Below the pieces are notes generated by a model, which ran no database searches, was not told the origin of the DNA, and was given only the letters and a program-made list of their open reading frames with translations. From UHGV virus genome UHGV-0149901: DNA of 64,000 bases; one strand, 5' to 3'. The stretch is from a virus. Every line of letters starts with the position of its first letter. Position 1 is the first letter of the stretch. A program made the translations under genes and the position numbers. This document shows, piece by piece, positions 1-9,508 of the stretch.

Positions 1-63
1 TCTGACTGAGAGTTTACTCACTTAGCCGCGTGTCCACTATTGCTGGGTAAGATCATAGCAGCA

Positions 64-1317
64 TTAGTTTGAACCAGTATTAGTCACGTAAACATTGACC
101 GAAAATGATTTAACTTCTGTGTTGAAGTTGTCAGTCATTACCGCGAGGTAGGCATTCTTGGTATCTCTGAATTGCTTCAGGATGATTTGAACGTTATCGG
201 TGCAAACAAACGAGGTAGCCAGATTGCCTCCTTTCTCTGAAAAATCCTTCAAGAAGGTGCAGTCAACTTTGCCATCATTAGCGGTGAAGACGGCATCATC
301 ACCCTGCCAGGTAAATGTTGCGTTAACGCCTTTATCAATGGATTTAGCAATAAGTCGCTGAGTGTCAGATTTGGCATTTTGCTGTTTTGAAGGCGAACGG
401 AACGTACCTTTTGCTTTCATTGCAGCAACGTTTTCGCAGCCCGTTTCGTCATCTTTATCGCAAGCAGCTTGGTAAAGCTCTGATGCTTTCCGATAATCCT
501 GTTTGACGCCCAATCCCTTAAGATACATGTAACCAAGGTGGTTCATGGCATAATCATTTCCTAAGCTGATTGCTTGTTCTAAAAGACTTCTGGCCTTCGA
601 ATAGTCTTTTTTTATACCTTCTCCATGCATCAACTTGTATCCAAGCGCGCTCATGGCGTTATTATTTCCTAATTCAGCTGCTTTCAAGTACCACTTAATT
701 GCCTCTTTATTGTTGCGCTTAACAGCAACACCATCGTCGTACATAGAGCCTAGCCCATACATTCCTGCGGCATTTCCACTATCCGCAGCCTTTTTATAAG
801 ATTTAAATGCTTTCTTGTAATCTTTCGGAACTCCCTTACCGTATTGATATAAATATCCCATATAGGCAAGCGAAGGTATATCACCAGCTTCTACTGCTAG
901 TTTGTGATATTTTAAAGCAGCTTCTGGGTCCTCCTTTCCAGTCCAACCTCGTTCGTATATAACGGCAAGATTATGGTAAGCACTGCCGTTGCGAGCATTT
1001 CCTGCTAGTTTGTAGTACTCAACGGCCTTATTTAGATCTTTATCTACTCCCTTCCCAATTGTGTACATAACCCCAAGCGCATAATATGCTACTTTATCTC
1101 CTTTTTCTGCGGCGAGATCGATCCACTTCTTGGCCTCTACTAAATCCTCATCAAAGCCATTAGCCCCATCCAAATAATTTGTCCCTAACGCACTTTGTGC
1201 TGTGGTATCTCCTGCGGTGGCGGCGTCGATCAGCGTTTGTTTATTATCTGCGTTAACGTATCCAGGGCCGAAAAGCAAAGCTAATGCCAGCAACGATGAA
1301 GGTTTTATGAGTTTCAT
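64..1317 (-). CDS. Secreted Sel1-repeat (TPR-like) protein
   Basis: N-terminal signal peptide; about seven tandem Sel1-type repeats (GxGVxKDxxKAxxWYxKAA pattern); non-repeat C-terminal ~100 aa. Confidence 0.75.
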   Translation of the reverse strand: MKLIKPSSLLALALLFGPGYVNADNKQTLIDAATAGDTTAQSALGTNYLDGANGFDEDLVEAKKWIDLAAEKGDKVAYYALGVMYTIGKGVDKDLNKAVEYYKLAGNARNGSAYHNLAVIYERGWTGKEDPEAALKYHKLAVEAGDIPSLAYMGYLYQYGKGVPKDYKKAFKSYKKAADSGNAAGMYGLGSMYDDGVAVKRNNKEAIKWYLKAAELGNNNAMSALGYKLMHGEGIKKDYSKARSLLEQAISLGNDYAMNHLGYMYLKGLGVKQDYRKASELYQAACDKDDETGCENVAAMKAKGTFRSPSKQQNAKSDTQRLIAKSIDKGVNATFTWQGDDAVFTANDGKVDCTFLKDFSEKGGNLATSFVCTDNVQIILKQFRDTKNAYLAVMTDNFNTEVKSFSVNVYVTNTGSN

Positions 1318-1544
1318 ATTTTATGTTCTGTTGATATAGGATGAACAGTTTAGACGCGGCAAGCGTCAAGTGTGCGAAAAGGGTACTTAAATTTAGTTAA
1401 TCTGTCAGCTTTGATAATTTATGAACTGTAAAGTTGATGTGATATTAATCACTGATGGAAATAATGAGCTATGGAATTATTGTGACACGGCTCGTGTTTT
1501 GGTTAACTAATACCTACGATAAATATAAATAAAGGGAAGTCAAA

Positions 1545-1958
1545 ATGAGCAAAAAGAAGTTGATTTTAACAGGTGCTTTATTGTCGTTGTTTGCATTAGT
1601 TGGGTGTAAGCCTACAGACGAGAAGGCTATTACTCTGGGCCAACAGGCAATTGCGGATGATATGAAAGATCCCACGTCGGTGATGTTTAGGAAAGATAAG
1701 TTTGTCAGGACTGATCATGATGATGGGAGTGTGACAGGCTTTGTGTGTGGTGAATTAAACGCCAAAAATGGCTTTGGTGCATACGTGGGCTATCACTCAT
1801 ATGTTGTTGAACTCGAAATGAAGCCAAAGGGCATGTTTTCAAAAGGGGTGGTATACAAAATCCTATCGAAGTCGTTGGCACCTAATGATCCTCATGATTT
1901 ACAGCGTTATAAGCAGGTCTACAGAAAGATGTGCAACAGTGAGGCTGTAGCTCATTAA
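1545..1958 (+). CDS. Lipoprotein, unknown function
   Basis: Signal peptide with lipobox LVGC; 137 aa ORF. Confidence 0.65.
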   Translation: MSKKKLILTGALLSLFALVGCKPTDEKAITLGQQAIADDMKDPTSVMFRKDKFVRTDHDDGSVTGFVCGELNAKNGFGAYVGYHSYVVELEMKPKGMFSKGVVYKILSKSLAPNDPHDLQRYKQVYRKMCNSEAVAH

Positions 1959-2083
1959 AGGTGAATGCTGGGCTGAGGATATGCCCGGCATCTTAGTATA
2001 AAGAACTATTGCACCTAAAATGATAAGTAGATACATACTTAAGTTTTTGTAAGAATACTTTCATCCGTTAGCTAGGAGTTGGT

Positions 2084-2866
2084 ATGAAAGAAGAAATTAA
2101 GAGATTAGCCTGCAACATCATTGATAAAACTGGTTTAGAAATCAGCGAGAGCAATCGGCTAGACATCATTGAAAAAGCCGTCAATACGGCAATGGATCAT
2201 ATCGCCACTCGTTTGGTCGAGATCCCTCTACCGGGGCTACCTTATCTGAAGGTTAAGTTGTGCGTATGGGGCGAACCTGCACATGCACGACGTTCTGCAT
2301 TAGTTGTTTTTGTACGCAAAGAAAACTTACGAACTCTAAAAGTGCAGGTTGGGGCGTGGTTTGATGGCAGAGTCATCTATACAGATACCATTATCTGTCC
2401 TCCAGGTGACGAACATATTGAAGCCGTTATTCGAGAATCAATTCGAGCTATGCGTAGTTTAGCTTTGCTGGAAGACAAGCAAAACTTTGAAGATTACTTG
2501 CTGTCGGTAAAAGCTGAACCAACATTGTCTCTGAAAGCCGATTTCGTCACCCCGACAAATCTGTTGGAGGTTTTGATTAATAAAGGGGCTAATGATGCTG
2601 TAAACCTAATCAGGGAGAGCGAATATTCGACTCTTTGGGACATGTGCAAAAGCCAGTTGGATCTTGTGCATATCATTGTTGATGCGGGTAAGGCGTGTGA
2701 TGGCGTAATGGCGGAATTTGCTGGGAAGATGGTCAGGATTGCTAACGAATTACCGATGATAGAGCAAGAGGCCAAATCATACGCCACCAATCATGTCACA
2801 GAGCTTCTTGCCCCCTATCGCTTAGAAAGCGATCAGCGCAAGATGATTAGCTGGGGAAGTTGGTAA
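2084..2866 (+). CDS. Hypothetical protein
   Basis: 260 aa ORF with AGGAG RBS upstream. Confidence 0.6.
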   Translation: MKEEIKRLACNIIDKTGLEISESNRLDIIEKAVNTAMDHIATRLVEIPLPGLPYLKVKLCVWGEPAHARRSALVVFVRKENLRTLKVQVGAWFDGRVIYTDTIICPPGDEHIEAVIRESIRAMRSLALLEDKQNFEDYLLSVKAEPTLSLKADFVTPTNLLEVLINKGANDAVNLIRESEYSTLWDMCKSQLDLVHIIVDAGKACDGVMAEFAGKMVRIANELPMIEQEAKSYATNHVTELLAPYRLESDQRKMISWGSW

Positions 2867-2933
2867 GCTCTCTGTGTGTCGTTTTTTACGCAAATAATGA
2901 TAGGTAAGCACAAGATTATTTCTGGCGGTAATT

Positions 2934-3404
2934 GTGAAAGCTGATTTGTCAAAAGTCCCTTCTATTTCAGGAAATAACGGTTATTCACTTCGTTGTGAGG
3001 AAGTAAAGATAAACGGTGAGTCGGCATATTGCAGCTACTCCGTATGCCAGCACACCATTCTTGCCTTCAAAGAAAACCGTCTTCCTCGAACGTCTTTCCA
3101 GTCGTGCGCAACCGCTATTAAAGCAGGCAAATGCAAGGCGTTAAAAATGATGGTTGAAGAGATTCGTAAAGGAGAATCTCTGTATTTCGAAGATATGACC
3201 GCACTCATTAAGGAGGTTGAAGAACGGAATAAACAAGCCAGAACTATAAAACGAAAACGTGACAGTGTAACGATTAATAGCATGGTTAAGAAGAGCGCCA
3301 CATCACAAACAGCGATCACTGACGTGTATGCGGCGTTGATTGAAGAAACAACAAAAGAAACACATGAGCAAATCGATCAACATATGGAGGCAAAACAACA
3401 ATGA
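2934..3404 (+). CDS. Hypothetical protein (start uncertain, GTG)
   Basis: 156 aa ORF; weak RBS; stop overlaps ligase start. Confidence 0.4.
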   Translation: MKADLSKVPSISGNNGYSLRCEEVKINGESAYCSYSVCQHTILAFKENRLPRTSFQSCATAIKAGKCKALKMMVEEIRKGESLYFEDMTALIKEVEERNKQARTIKRKRDSVTINSMVKKSATSQTAITDVYAALIEETTKETHEQIDQHMEAKQQ

Positions 3405-4723
3405 AAAAGTTGATCGCACTTAAGCATAAGCTGGACGAAATGAAAGCTATGGGAACCAATGCAAAAAAAGAGGCATTGGCCAACATGGATGACTTTGAAC
3501 AAAGCATGGTTTCATTGATGCTCAACCCTTTCATCCGTTTTGGGGTAAAGAAATACAAAGTGGCAGAGCCGCTTAGTGAGTCCGTCCCAAGTGACGAAAA
3601 AGCCATTGATGTACTGAATAAGCTGGCCTCTCGCGAGCTGACGGGGAACGCAGCAATAGCTGCTGTTGAGTCTATCGTGGCGTCAATGTGCGCCGATGGG
3701 CAGGACGTGTTCCGTCGTTTCCTCTTAAAAGACCCGAAAGCGGGTGTTGGGATTAGCCTATGCAACAAGGTTTTTGAAAATCCCATTCCGAAATTCGAGG
3801 TGCAGCTGGCGTCACCGTATAAAGAAAAAGGCGACAAATACCCCTTCAAGCCAAATCCTAAAGCAAAATGGCCGATGATTGGCAGCCTTAAGCTCGATGG
3901 TTTGCGAGTAATTTGCGAGGTTATTGTTGACGAGGAAGAGGTGAACTTCCTTTCTCGTACTGGTAATCCAATCACGTCTCTCGATCACCTAAAGCCAGCC
4001 ATGCTCGAATTAGGCAAACTTTCAGGCCACAAACACATCTTCTTCGATGGTGAAGGAACAGCCGGTTCATTTAACCAGTCCGTATCTGCATTGCGCAAAA
4101 AGAACGTGCAGGCAATTGGCGCTATTTATCATGTTTTCGACTTCTTCCTACCGGAATGGCGGGCACAGGCTAAATCCAAAGAGTATGCAAAGACAGGTAT
4201 GAAACTGAAAGAGCGCCTGGCTATGCTCGTGGCGTTGTTCAAAAACGATCGCAGTGAAGGCTACGCACAAGACATTCACCTGCATCCGTTCTACATCATC
4301 CATAGCCACGAAGACTTCATCGAACGCTTCATGAAACGCCTGGACGATAACGAAGAAGGGGAGATGGGCAAAGATCCGAACTCTGTTTACGAGTTTAAAC
4401 GTACCCGCAGCTGGTGGAAGTTAAAAGACGAAGATTCAGAAGATGGTGAAATTATCGATTTTGAGCCGGGCGACCCGGACTCTGGTTTTGCCAACACGCT
4501 TGGAAAAATTGTTATTCGTCTTGAAAACGGAGTCATCGTTCGTGCGAGCGGCATTAAGCATAAATATCTGGACGAGATCTGGAACAACAAAGAGAAGTAC
4601 CGTGGTCGTATTGTCGAGGTTCATTGTCACGAGAAAACACCTGATGGCAGCTTACGCCACCCACGACTGAAATGGCCGCGTTGCTTACGCGATACCGAAG
4701 AGCGAATCGGTGATAAAGAATGA
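3401..4723 (+). CDS. ATP-dependent DNA ligase
   Basis: Adenylation motif I KxDGxR present as KLDGLR; 440 aa; GGAGG RBS. Confidence 0.8.
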   Translation: MKKLIALKHKLDEMKAMGTNAKKEALANMDDFEQSMVSLMLNPFIRFGVKKYKVAEPLSESVPSDEKAIDVLNKLASRELTGNAAIAAVESIVASMCADGQDVFRRFLLKDPKAGVGISLCNKVFENPIPKFEVQLASPYKEKGDKYPFKPNPKAKWPMIGSLKLDGLRVICEVIVDEEEVNFLSRTGNPITSLDHLKPAMLELGKLSGHKHIFFDGEGTAGSFNQSVSALRKKNVQAIGAIYHVFDFFLPEWRAQAKSKEYAKTGMKLKERLAMLVALFKNDRSEGYAQDIHLHPFYIIHSHEDFIERFMKRLDDNEEGEMGKDPNSVYEFKRTRSWWKLKDEDSEDGEIIDFEPGDPDSGFANTLGKIVIRLENGVIVRASGIKHKYLDEIWNNKEKYRGRIVEVHCHEKTPDGSLRHPRLKWPRCLRDTEERIGDKE

Positions 4724-4935
4724 TCGTATTAAGTAAACGGGAGAAAGAAACGCTTCATGAAATAAGTAAGTGGCCGGAGTTCCCTGAGTACTGGAAGCCT
4801 AAAACGCGAGCTAAGTTAGAGCGTTTAGGGTTGGTTGCAAACGTTTCTGAAACGTGGTGCTCGGCCAACTACCAGTTAACTGATAAAGGGAAATTAATGC
4901 TACAGCAATTAGTAGAATCAGGAGCCTTTAAATGA
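4720..4935 (+). CDS. Hypothetical small protein
   Basis: 71 aa ORF, ATGA overlap with ligase stop. Confidence 0.5.
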   Translation: MIVLSKREKETLHEISKWPEFPEYWKPKTRAKLERLGLVANVSETWCSANYQLTDKGKLMLQQLVESGAFK

Positions 4936-5084
4936 TTCCATACATCTCATTGGCTTTTATGGCTGGCTTCCTTATCGGCTTCGGCATCTGTCGTGATTTG
5001 ATTAAGCAGGAACTTAAAACCAAAACACTGTGCATCGGAAAGCGTGTGTATCGGGTAGTTCATGAAACAAAGGTTAGAAAATGA
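4932..5084 (+). CDS. Small membrane protein (50 aa, not in ORF track)
   Basis: MIPYISLAFMAGFLIGFGIC...; ATGA overlaps with both neighbours; start coincides with recombinase half-site 13-mer. Confidence 0.4.
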   Translation: MIPYISLAFMAGFLIGFGICRDLIKQELKTKTLCIGKRVYRVVHETKVRK

Positions 5085-5371
5085 GCAATTTAACTTCTTT
5101 GGAATGGTGGTTGGCCACCTATTTCTTAGCGGCCGGAGTCGCATTCGCCTTTTACGTAGGTCAGTTAGTCGTAAAACTGCTGCTGATTAAATTTGCCAGT
5201 CATAAACGTATCGATGATGGTCTGTGGCGTCTTGGCGCCCTGGTGGAAACTCGCTACGGGCAACTTAAGGAGAACGAAACCATTACTATCCAAGCGAAAC
5301 GATTCACTGCCACCATCACAAGAACACCTAGTCGTAGAGTGGCCTTGATCAAAAAAGTCACAACCGAATAA
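5081..5371 (+). CDS. Small membrane protein
   Basis: 96 aa ORF with hydrophobic N-terminal helix; translational coupling. Confidence 0.5.
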   Translation: MSNLTSLEWWLATYFLAAGVAFAFYVGQLVVKLLLIKFASHKRIDDGLWRLGALVETRYGQLKENETITIQAKRFTATITRTPSRRVALIKKVTTE

Positions 5372-6147
5372 AAACACAATGATAAGTATTTACTTACTTA
5401 TCTTTTGTGTATAAGATGACTTTGTTTTCGTTGAGACGCGACTGTTTGAACTTAAATACAAGTGCAAACGAAGAAGTCTATCTGGCAGTAGCCTAATAAG
5501 CCAAACACCAGCGAGGTCAGTTTCCAGCCTCGTTACCGAAATGGGACACACTGAGCGAGTGTGATTGCAGAACGCAGGAGGGAACATTCATGTTCCCTCC
5601 GATGAAGTAACAGAATGGGCGGTTGGTATATTTTCAACTCCATATGACTCCCGGATTCTTAGCCACTGACCGCCCATCCTGTTACGTCATTTTGTTCAAT
5701 TATGTCGTTTATACTGGGTTAAAAAGCGGCGACGTAGCCCGGCTGGTATGGTTAGCCAGCACACAACGTTGAGGCCATTACATTTGTATCAATTCTAAGG
5801 TTCTATTCACAGAGATACCGGCGAGCGTTGATATGTAACATGTTGGGCAAACATTCAATCGGAGTAGTGGCCTCAACGTTGTGAAGACAGGATTGTTGTG
5901 TAGGTTTAACCACTGTTGCCATTGGTGCCTGTTTTCACAACAAATGATTCCATACATCACATTGTATAAATTAAAAAGTAGGTGCTGTCCTCAGAAACAT
6001 CATCTACTTAAAGATTTTGCCTTCTATTGAGCGAAGTCGAAAACGTCTGGCACTAACGGAAAGTGCAAGTAGCGGTGCGTTTCCTGGCAGAAACTAACAC
6101 CGCCGCGATTGGCACTGTTGAGTAATAAATACTGGCAGTGCTGAATT

Positions 6148-6222
6148 GATGGTGTAGCTCAGCGGTAGAGCAGTTGGCTGTTAACCAACTGGTCGGTGGT
6201 TCGAATCCACCCACCATCGCCA
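6148..6222 (+). tRNA. tRNA-Asn (GTT)
   Basis: Cloverleaf by hand: acceptor GATGGTG/CACCATC, anticodon loop CTGTTAA, T-loop TTCGAAT, CCA end. Confidence 0.8.
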
Positions 6223-6227
6223 ATTTA

Positions 6228-6314
6228 GGGGAGTTAGTCCGTAGGGGCAGCGGGGTAGACTGTAAATCTACTGTCATTGCGACTCGGGTGGTTCGACTCC
6301 ATCACTCCCCACCA
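6228..6314 (+). tRNA. tRNA-Tyr (GTA), long variable arm
   Basis: Acceptor GGGGAGT/ACTCCCC, anticodon loop CTGTAAA, T-loop TTCGACT, CCA end. Confidence 0.75.
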
Positions 6315-6318
6315 AATT

Positions 6319-6394
6319 GCCGGTTTAGCTCAGCTGGTAGAGCGCCTGCCTTGTAAGCAGGATGTCAGCGGTTCGAGTCCGCTAACCGGCACCA
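6319..6394 (+). tRNA. tRNA-Thr (TGT)
   Basis: Acceptor GCCGGTT/AACCGGC, anticodon loop CTTGTAA, T-loop TTCGAGT, CCA end. Confidence 0.8.
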
Positions 6395-6618
6395 ATACAA
6401 CGATAAGATCATTACGGTTAATCGTCGTTCATGTGCACAATGACTGGTCGAAAGGTAGTGATCTTACCGTTGTGGTGGATTCGCAGACTGATGCGATAGC
6501 TTTCTTGGATGTTAGGGAAATGCGGCCGCAAATCTTCCCTTTCGCGAGCGGTGATCGTCCGTAGTCCTAATTGGCTGCACCGTATGCCGGAGATTCAGTA
6601 CCGGCCACCACAACGGCC

Positions 6619-6705
6619 GGAGAGTAGGGAGCATGGTGCTCAAGCGGTCTTGAAAACCGTCCCATTGCGCAAGCGATGATGGTTCGATTCCATTACTCTC
6701 CGCCA
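6619..6705 (+). tRNA. tRNA-Ser (TGA), long variable arm
   Basis: Acceptor GGAGAGT/ACTCTCC, anticodon loop CTTGAAA, T-loop TTCGATT, CCA end. Confidence 0.7.
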
Positions 6706-6861
6706 GACACAGCGTTGAGCGGTTTGGCCTTTTAATCAACTCGATTAAGACTCCGCTAACATAAACCAGACCGCTCAACGCTGTGATAGACAATTACGGC
6801 AGACGTTCTTAACCATAGCTTGCTAACATCCTAGCAACACTTTTTTAAGCGCAAAATCCAA

Positions 6862-6882
6862 AGGGGCTTCGGCCCCTTTTTT
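6862..6882. terminator. Rho-independent terminator, possibly bidirectional
   Basis: Hairpin AGGGGC-TTCG-GCCCCT followed by T6. Confidence 0.7.
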
Positions 6883-6883
6883 G

Positions 6884-7792
6884 TTAATGATTGCCTAGAT
6901 ATGATTTTAGTTCTTCTTTAATGATTAGTGAGTATTCTAAAATATCACTTAGTAAAAATTTTGCTCTGTTAAAATACCCACCAAAAGAACCTAAAATTTC
7001 AGATGGTCTTTCTAAGAGCATCACAATATCATCTTCTTGCACTTTAGTAATGTAACTTCTAACAGCTCTTTCTCCAATAACTCTTTTCTTACCGTTTATT
7101 TCAGATTCATCTAAAACCTTATTTATAAATTTTTCTGTATCATTGAATCGTCCACTATTGTGTACTATTGTATGTCTTAGTAGTTCAATTAGCTTGATGT
7201 TAAAGCGATAGTTTTTGCCAATCTTGTTGTTTGTTTCTATCTCTTTGAAGCCAGGTATTTTATTTCTGAAAATTTTAGTTATTTTTTTCGATGGGTTACT
7301 TTTTGCTTTTAATAATCTGTAATAAACTTCCCTTTTCCCAATTTCATCATCTTCAACCTTACCAAAATCACTTGAGGACCATAAATCATTTCGAACACAT
7401 ACAGTATAGACATATATTGCCTCAATATAGTCTTCCAGTAACTCATAGGCTTCAGTAATAACCCACTGATATTGTTTATTTTTCAAAGTATTACACAATC
7501 TTATCTTTTCTTCTAAATCAATGGCGCTGTTACCTATCTCTAATGTTGAACCTGTATATGGGTTTGAACATAAATGGCGAGCTAACGTTGTGCCACACTT
7601 AATCTTAATAGTTTCATTAATATTAATAATAGTATCTGGATTCTGTGCATACTCCACTTCTTTAAGAAGACGTTTTATATTTTTCTTTGTTGTATCATTT
7701 ATCTGATTTAAATAGTCAAAAAGTAAAGATATTTCTTCTCTAAATTCGTTGTATTTATTTTCAATCAAAGAATCAGACAACTTACCAATCAT
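6884..7792 (-). CDS. Hypothetical protein, AT-rich reverse-strand gene
   Basis: 302 aa ORF, markedly AT-rich relative to flanks, opposite strand to neighbours; contains R-x4-H (RHTIVH) HEPN-like motif (weak). Confidence 0.6.
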   Translation of the reverse strand: MIGKLSDSLIENKYNEFREEISLLFDYLNQINDTTKKNIKRLLKEVEYAQNPDTIININETIKIKCGTTLARHLCSNPYTGSTLEIGNSAIDLEEKIRLCNTLKNKQYQWVITEAYELLEDYIEAIYVYTVCVRNDLWSSSDFGKVEDDEIGKREVYYRLLKAKSNPSKKITKIFRNKIPGFKEIETNNKIGKNYRFNIKLIELLRHTIVHNSGRFNDTEKFINKVLDESEINGKKRVIGERAVRSYITKVQEDDIVMLLERPSEILGSFGGYFNRAKFLLSDILEYSLIIKEELKSYLGNH

Positions 7793-7965
7793 TAAAACCT
7801 CTATAAAATGTACATTTCAAGGCAATCCTTACTGTAATCTATTGTCGTAATCACTTCAATTGTTTACTAGTTAACCAATAAGTTACTACATACTTATCAA
7901 AAAAATCTGTTTGTAGTATAGTCTGATATGTTCGAATCAATATTTATAAAGGTATTTGTTAAGTT

Positions 7966-8211
7966 ATGACGATCACTATCTACGGACGAGATAACTGCTC
8001 ATACTGCAAACGTGCGGTCGAGCTGGCGAAGCAACTAAAGGGACATGGCTACAGTGATTATGAGTACATCGACATCACCACTGCCGGTATCGACAAGGAA
8101 AAACTTAGTGAAATTGTTGGTAAACCGGTAGAGACTATCCCCCAAGTGCTGATCGATGGCCAGCCGATTGGCGGATACACAGAATTTGCTGCTTTTGCGA
8201 GCACTCTGTAA
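7966..8211 (+). CDS. Glutaredoxin (NrdC/NrdH-like)
   Basis: 81 aa; CSYC active-site motif in thioredoxin-fold context. Confidence 0.8.
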   Translation: MTITIYGRDNCSYCKRAVELAKQLKGHGYSDYEYIDITTAGIDKEKLSEIVGKPVETIPQVLIDGQPIGGYTEFAAFASTL

Positions 8212-8306
8212 TACAATACGGCTCCTTTTGGGGCCATTTATTATTTGTAGCTTTCATCAGCACAGCGTACACTTAGTTACGAGCCATTGAGTAGTTAAGA
8301 GGTTTT

Positions 8307-8915
8307 ATGCGTTTAGAAAATTGCCTAGAAGATATGAGTGTCATTAGCAATGCCCTTGCTACTGTGACCTCTAACGCTTCACGCTTTTCAAACGCAAAGC
8401 CTACAGCTAAATCTGGGCGTGATTTTATTGAACCGCGTGGATATCGACGCTTCCGTGGCACGATGAAGCCCTCTGCGAAATTCACAGGATTCAAAACACA
8501 AACCTATGTGAGCACTGCGGCTATTCCTGTTCAAGAAAACCGCGATGCGGCACAGCTGGCAAAGATTGAAAGCAAGCTCGCAGAATTGACGGCGAAACAC
8601 GTTCGCTTAGCCCATGCCATCTCTGGATGGAAAGCGGAAAAGATTCGCAGCAACTTCGGTGAAAGTCGTTACGAAGAACTGAAGAACGTTGACCTGACCA
8701 TTCGTGGTTTGGAGGGATTCGTTAACAAGTTGATTCGCGACTCTGAGCAACCTCATCCATATTTGAAACGCTTGAGCGATTCTGTAACTGAGTATCGTTT
8801 AGCTATCTCTGATCTGCTATTGATTTTAAATCAGTGTTTTAACGACGTAGACGTCATCGAATCGCAGACTGGCCTCATTGATGAGGACGTCTTCGCCAAC
8901 TTCTCATTCCATTGA
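8307..8915 (+). CDS. Hypothetical protein upstream of toxin-like gene (possible antitoxin)
   Basis: 202 aa ORF with AAGAGG RBS, 9 bp upstream of YafO-like ORF. Confidence 0.5.
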   Translation: MRLENCLEDMSVISNALATVTSNASRFSNAKPTAKSGRDFIEPRGYRRFRGTMKPSAKFTGFKTQTYVSTAAIPVQENRDAAQLAKIESKLAELTAKHVRLAHAISGWKAEKIRSNFGESRYEELKNVDLTIRGLEGFVNKLIRDSEQPHPYLKRLSDSVTEYRLAISDLLLILNQCFNDVDVIESQTGLIDEDVFANFSFH

Positions 8916-8924
8916 GGTTGAACG

Positions 8925-9335
8925 ATGAAGATCACATGGAACAGTGATAGTTACGCCCAATTTTTAAAGCCGACCTTCGATATAAAGCCTGACTTAGAGA
9001 TTACGTTACTCAACGATTTCAAGTCGTTTAAACAAGGCATGTACCCAGCCATATTCGGCAAAGATGGCCCGTATACGGCTCCTGGTGCTATCGTGTCCTC
9101 CCGCGTCTATCACGTTCATCTCTTGTTCACGAAGCAAGAACGAACCAGCAGCCGCAGCAGATTCAATTGCACAAGCGACCGTGCACTCGTTTACAGTCAA
9201 CATGCACATTTCCAAGATGTGTATAGCCTATTGGCAATCTTCCCTAACAACGCACATCAGCACGCGAAAGATCCAAAAATTATGGTCGATATCGCTACCT
9301 ACGCGGCCGCATTTCAAGCTCTCACTAACCCTTAA
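8925..9335 (+). CDS. YafO-like toxin family protein (putative)
   Basis: Conserved blocks IFGKDGPY, RVYHVHL, LVYSQHA resemble YafO-family toxins as I recall them; 136 aa. Confidence 0.5.
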   Translation: MKITWNSDSYAQFLKPTFDIKPDLEITLLNDFKSFKQGMYPAIFGKDGPYTAPGAIVSSRVYHVHLLFTKQERTSSRSRFNCTSDRALVYSQHAHFQDVYSLLAIFPNNAHQHAKDPKIMVDIATYAAAFQALTNP

Positions 9336-9377
9336 CAATCATATTAATAACGCCTCAGAATTTAAATTCCTCCCTTA

Positions 9378-9410
9378 AATGATTCCATACCTACTATGTA
9401 TGGAATCATT
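9378..9410. other. lox/dif-like recombination core site (13 bp perfect inverted repeats, 7 bp spacer)
   Basis: AATGATTCCATAC-CTACTAT-GTATGGAATCATT, 99 bp upstream of recombinase gene. Confidence 0.65.
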
Positions 9411-9508
9411 GCTGAAAATGAGTTACTTTTACTCTTGATCCTATAAGAATCTATGCCTAATATACTGTTTACTTATACAGTGCATCGGCGTAACTCGGTG
9501 ATTGTCAT

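Noticed and set aside
6053-6793. Track ORFs overlapping the tRNA cluster (6053..6277, 6174..6356, 6277..6564, 6512..6793)
   Set aside because: They overlap well-formed tRNA cloverleafs and are incidental frames in structured RNA.
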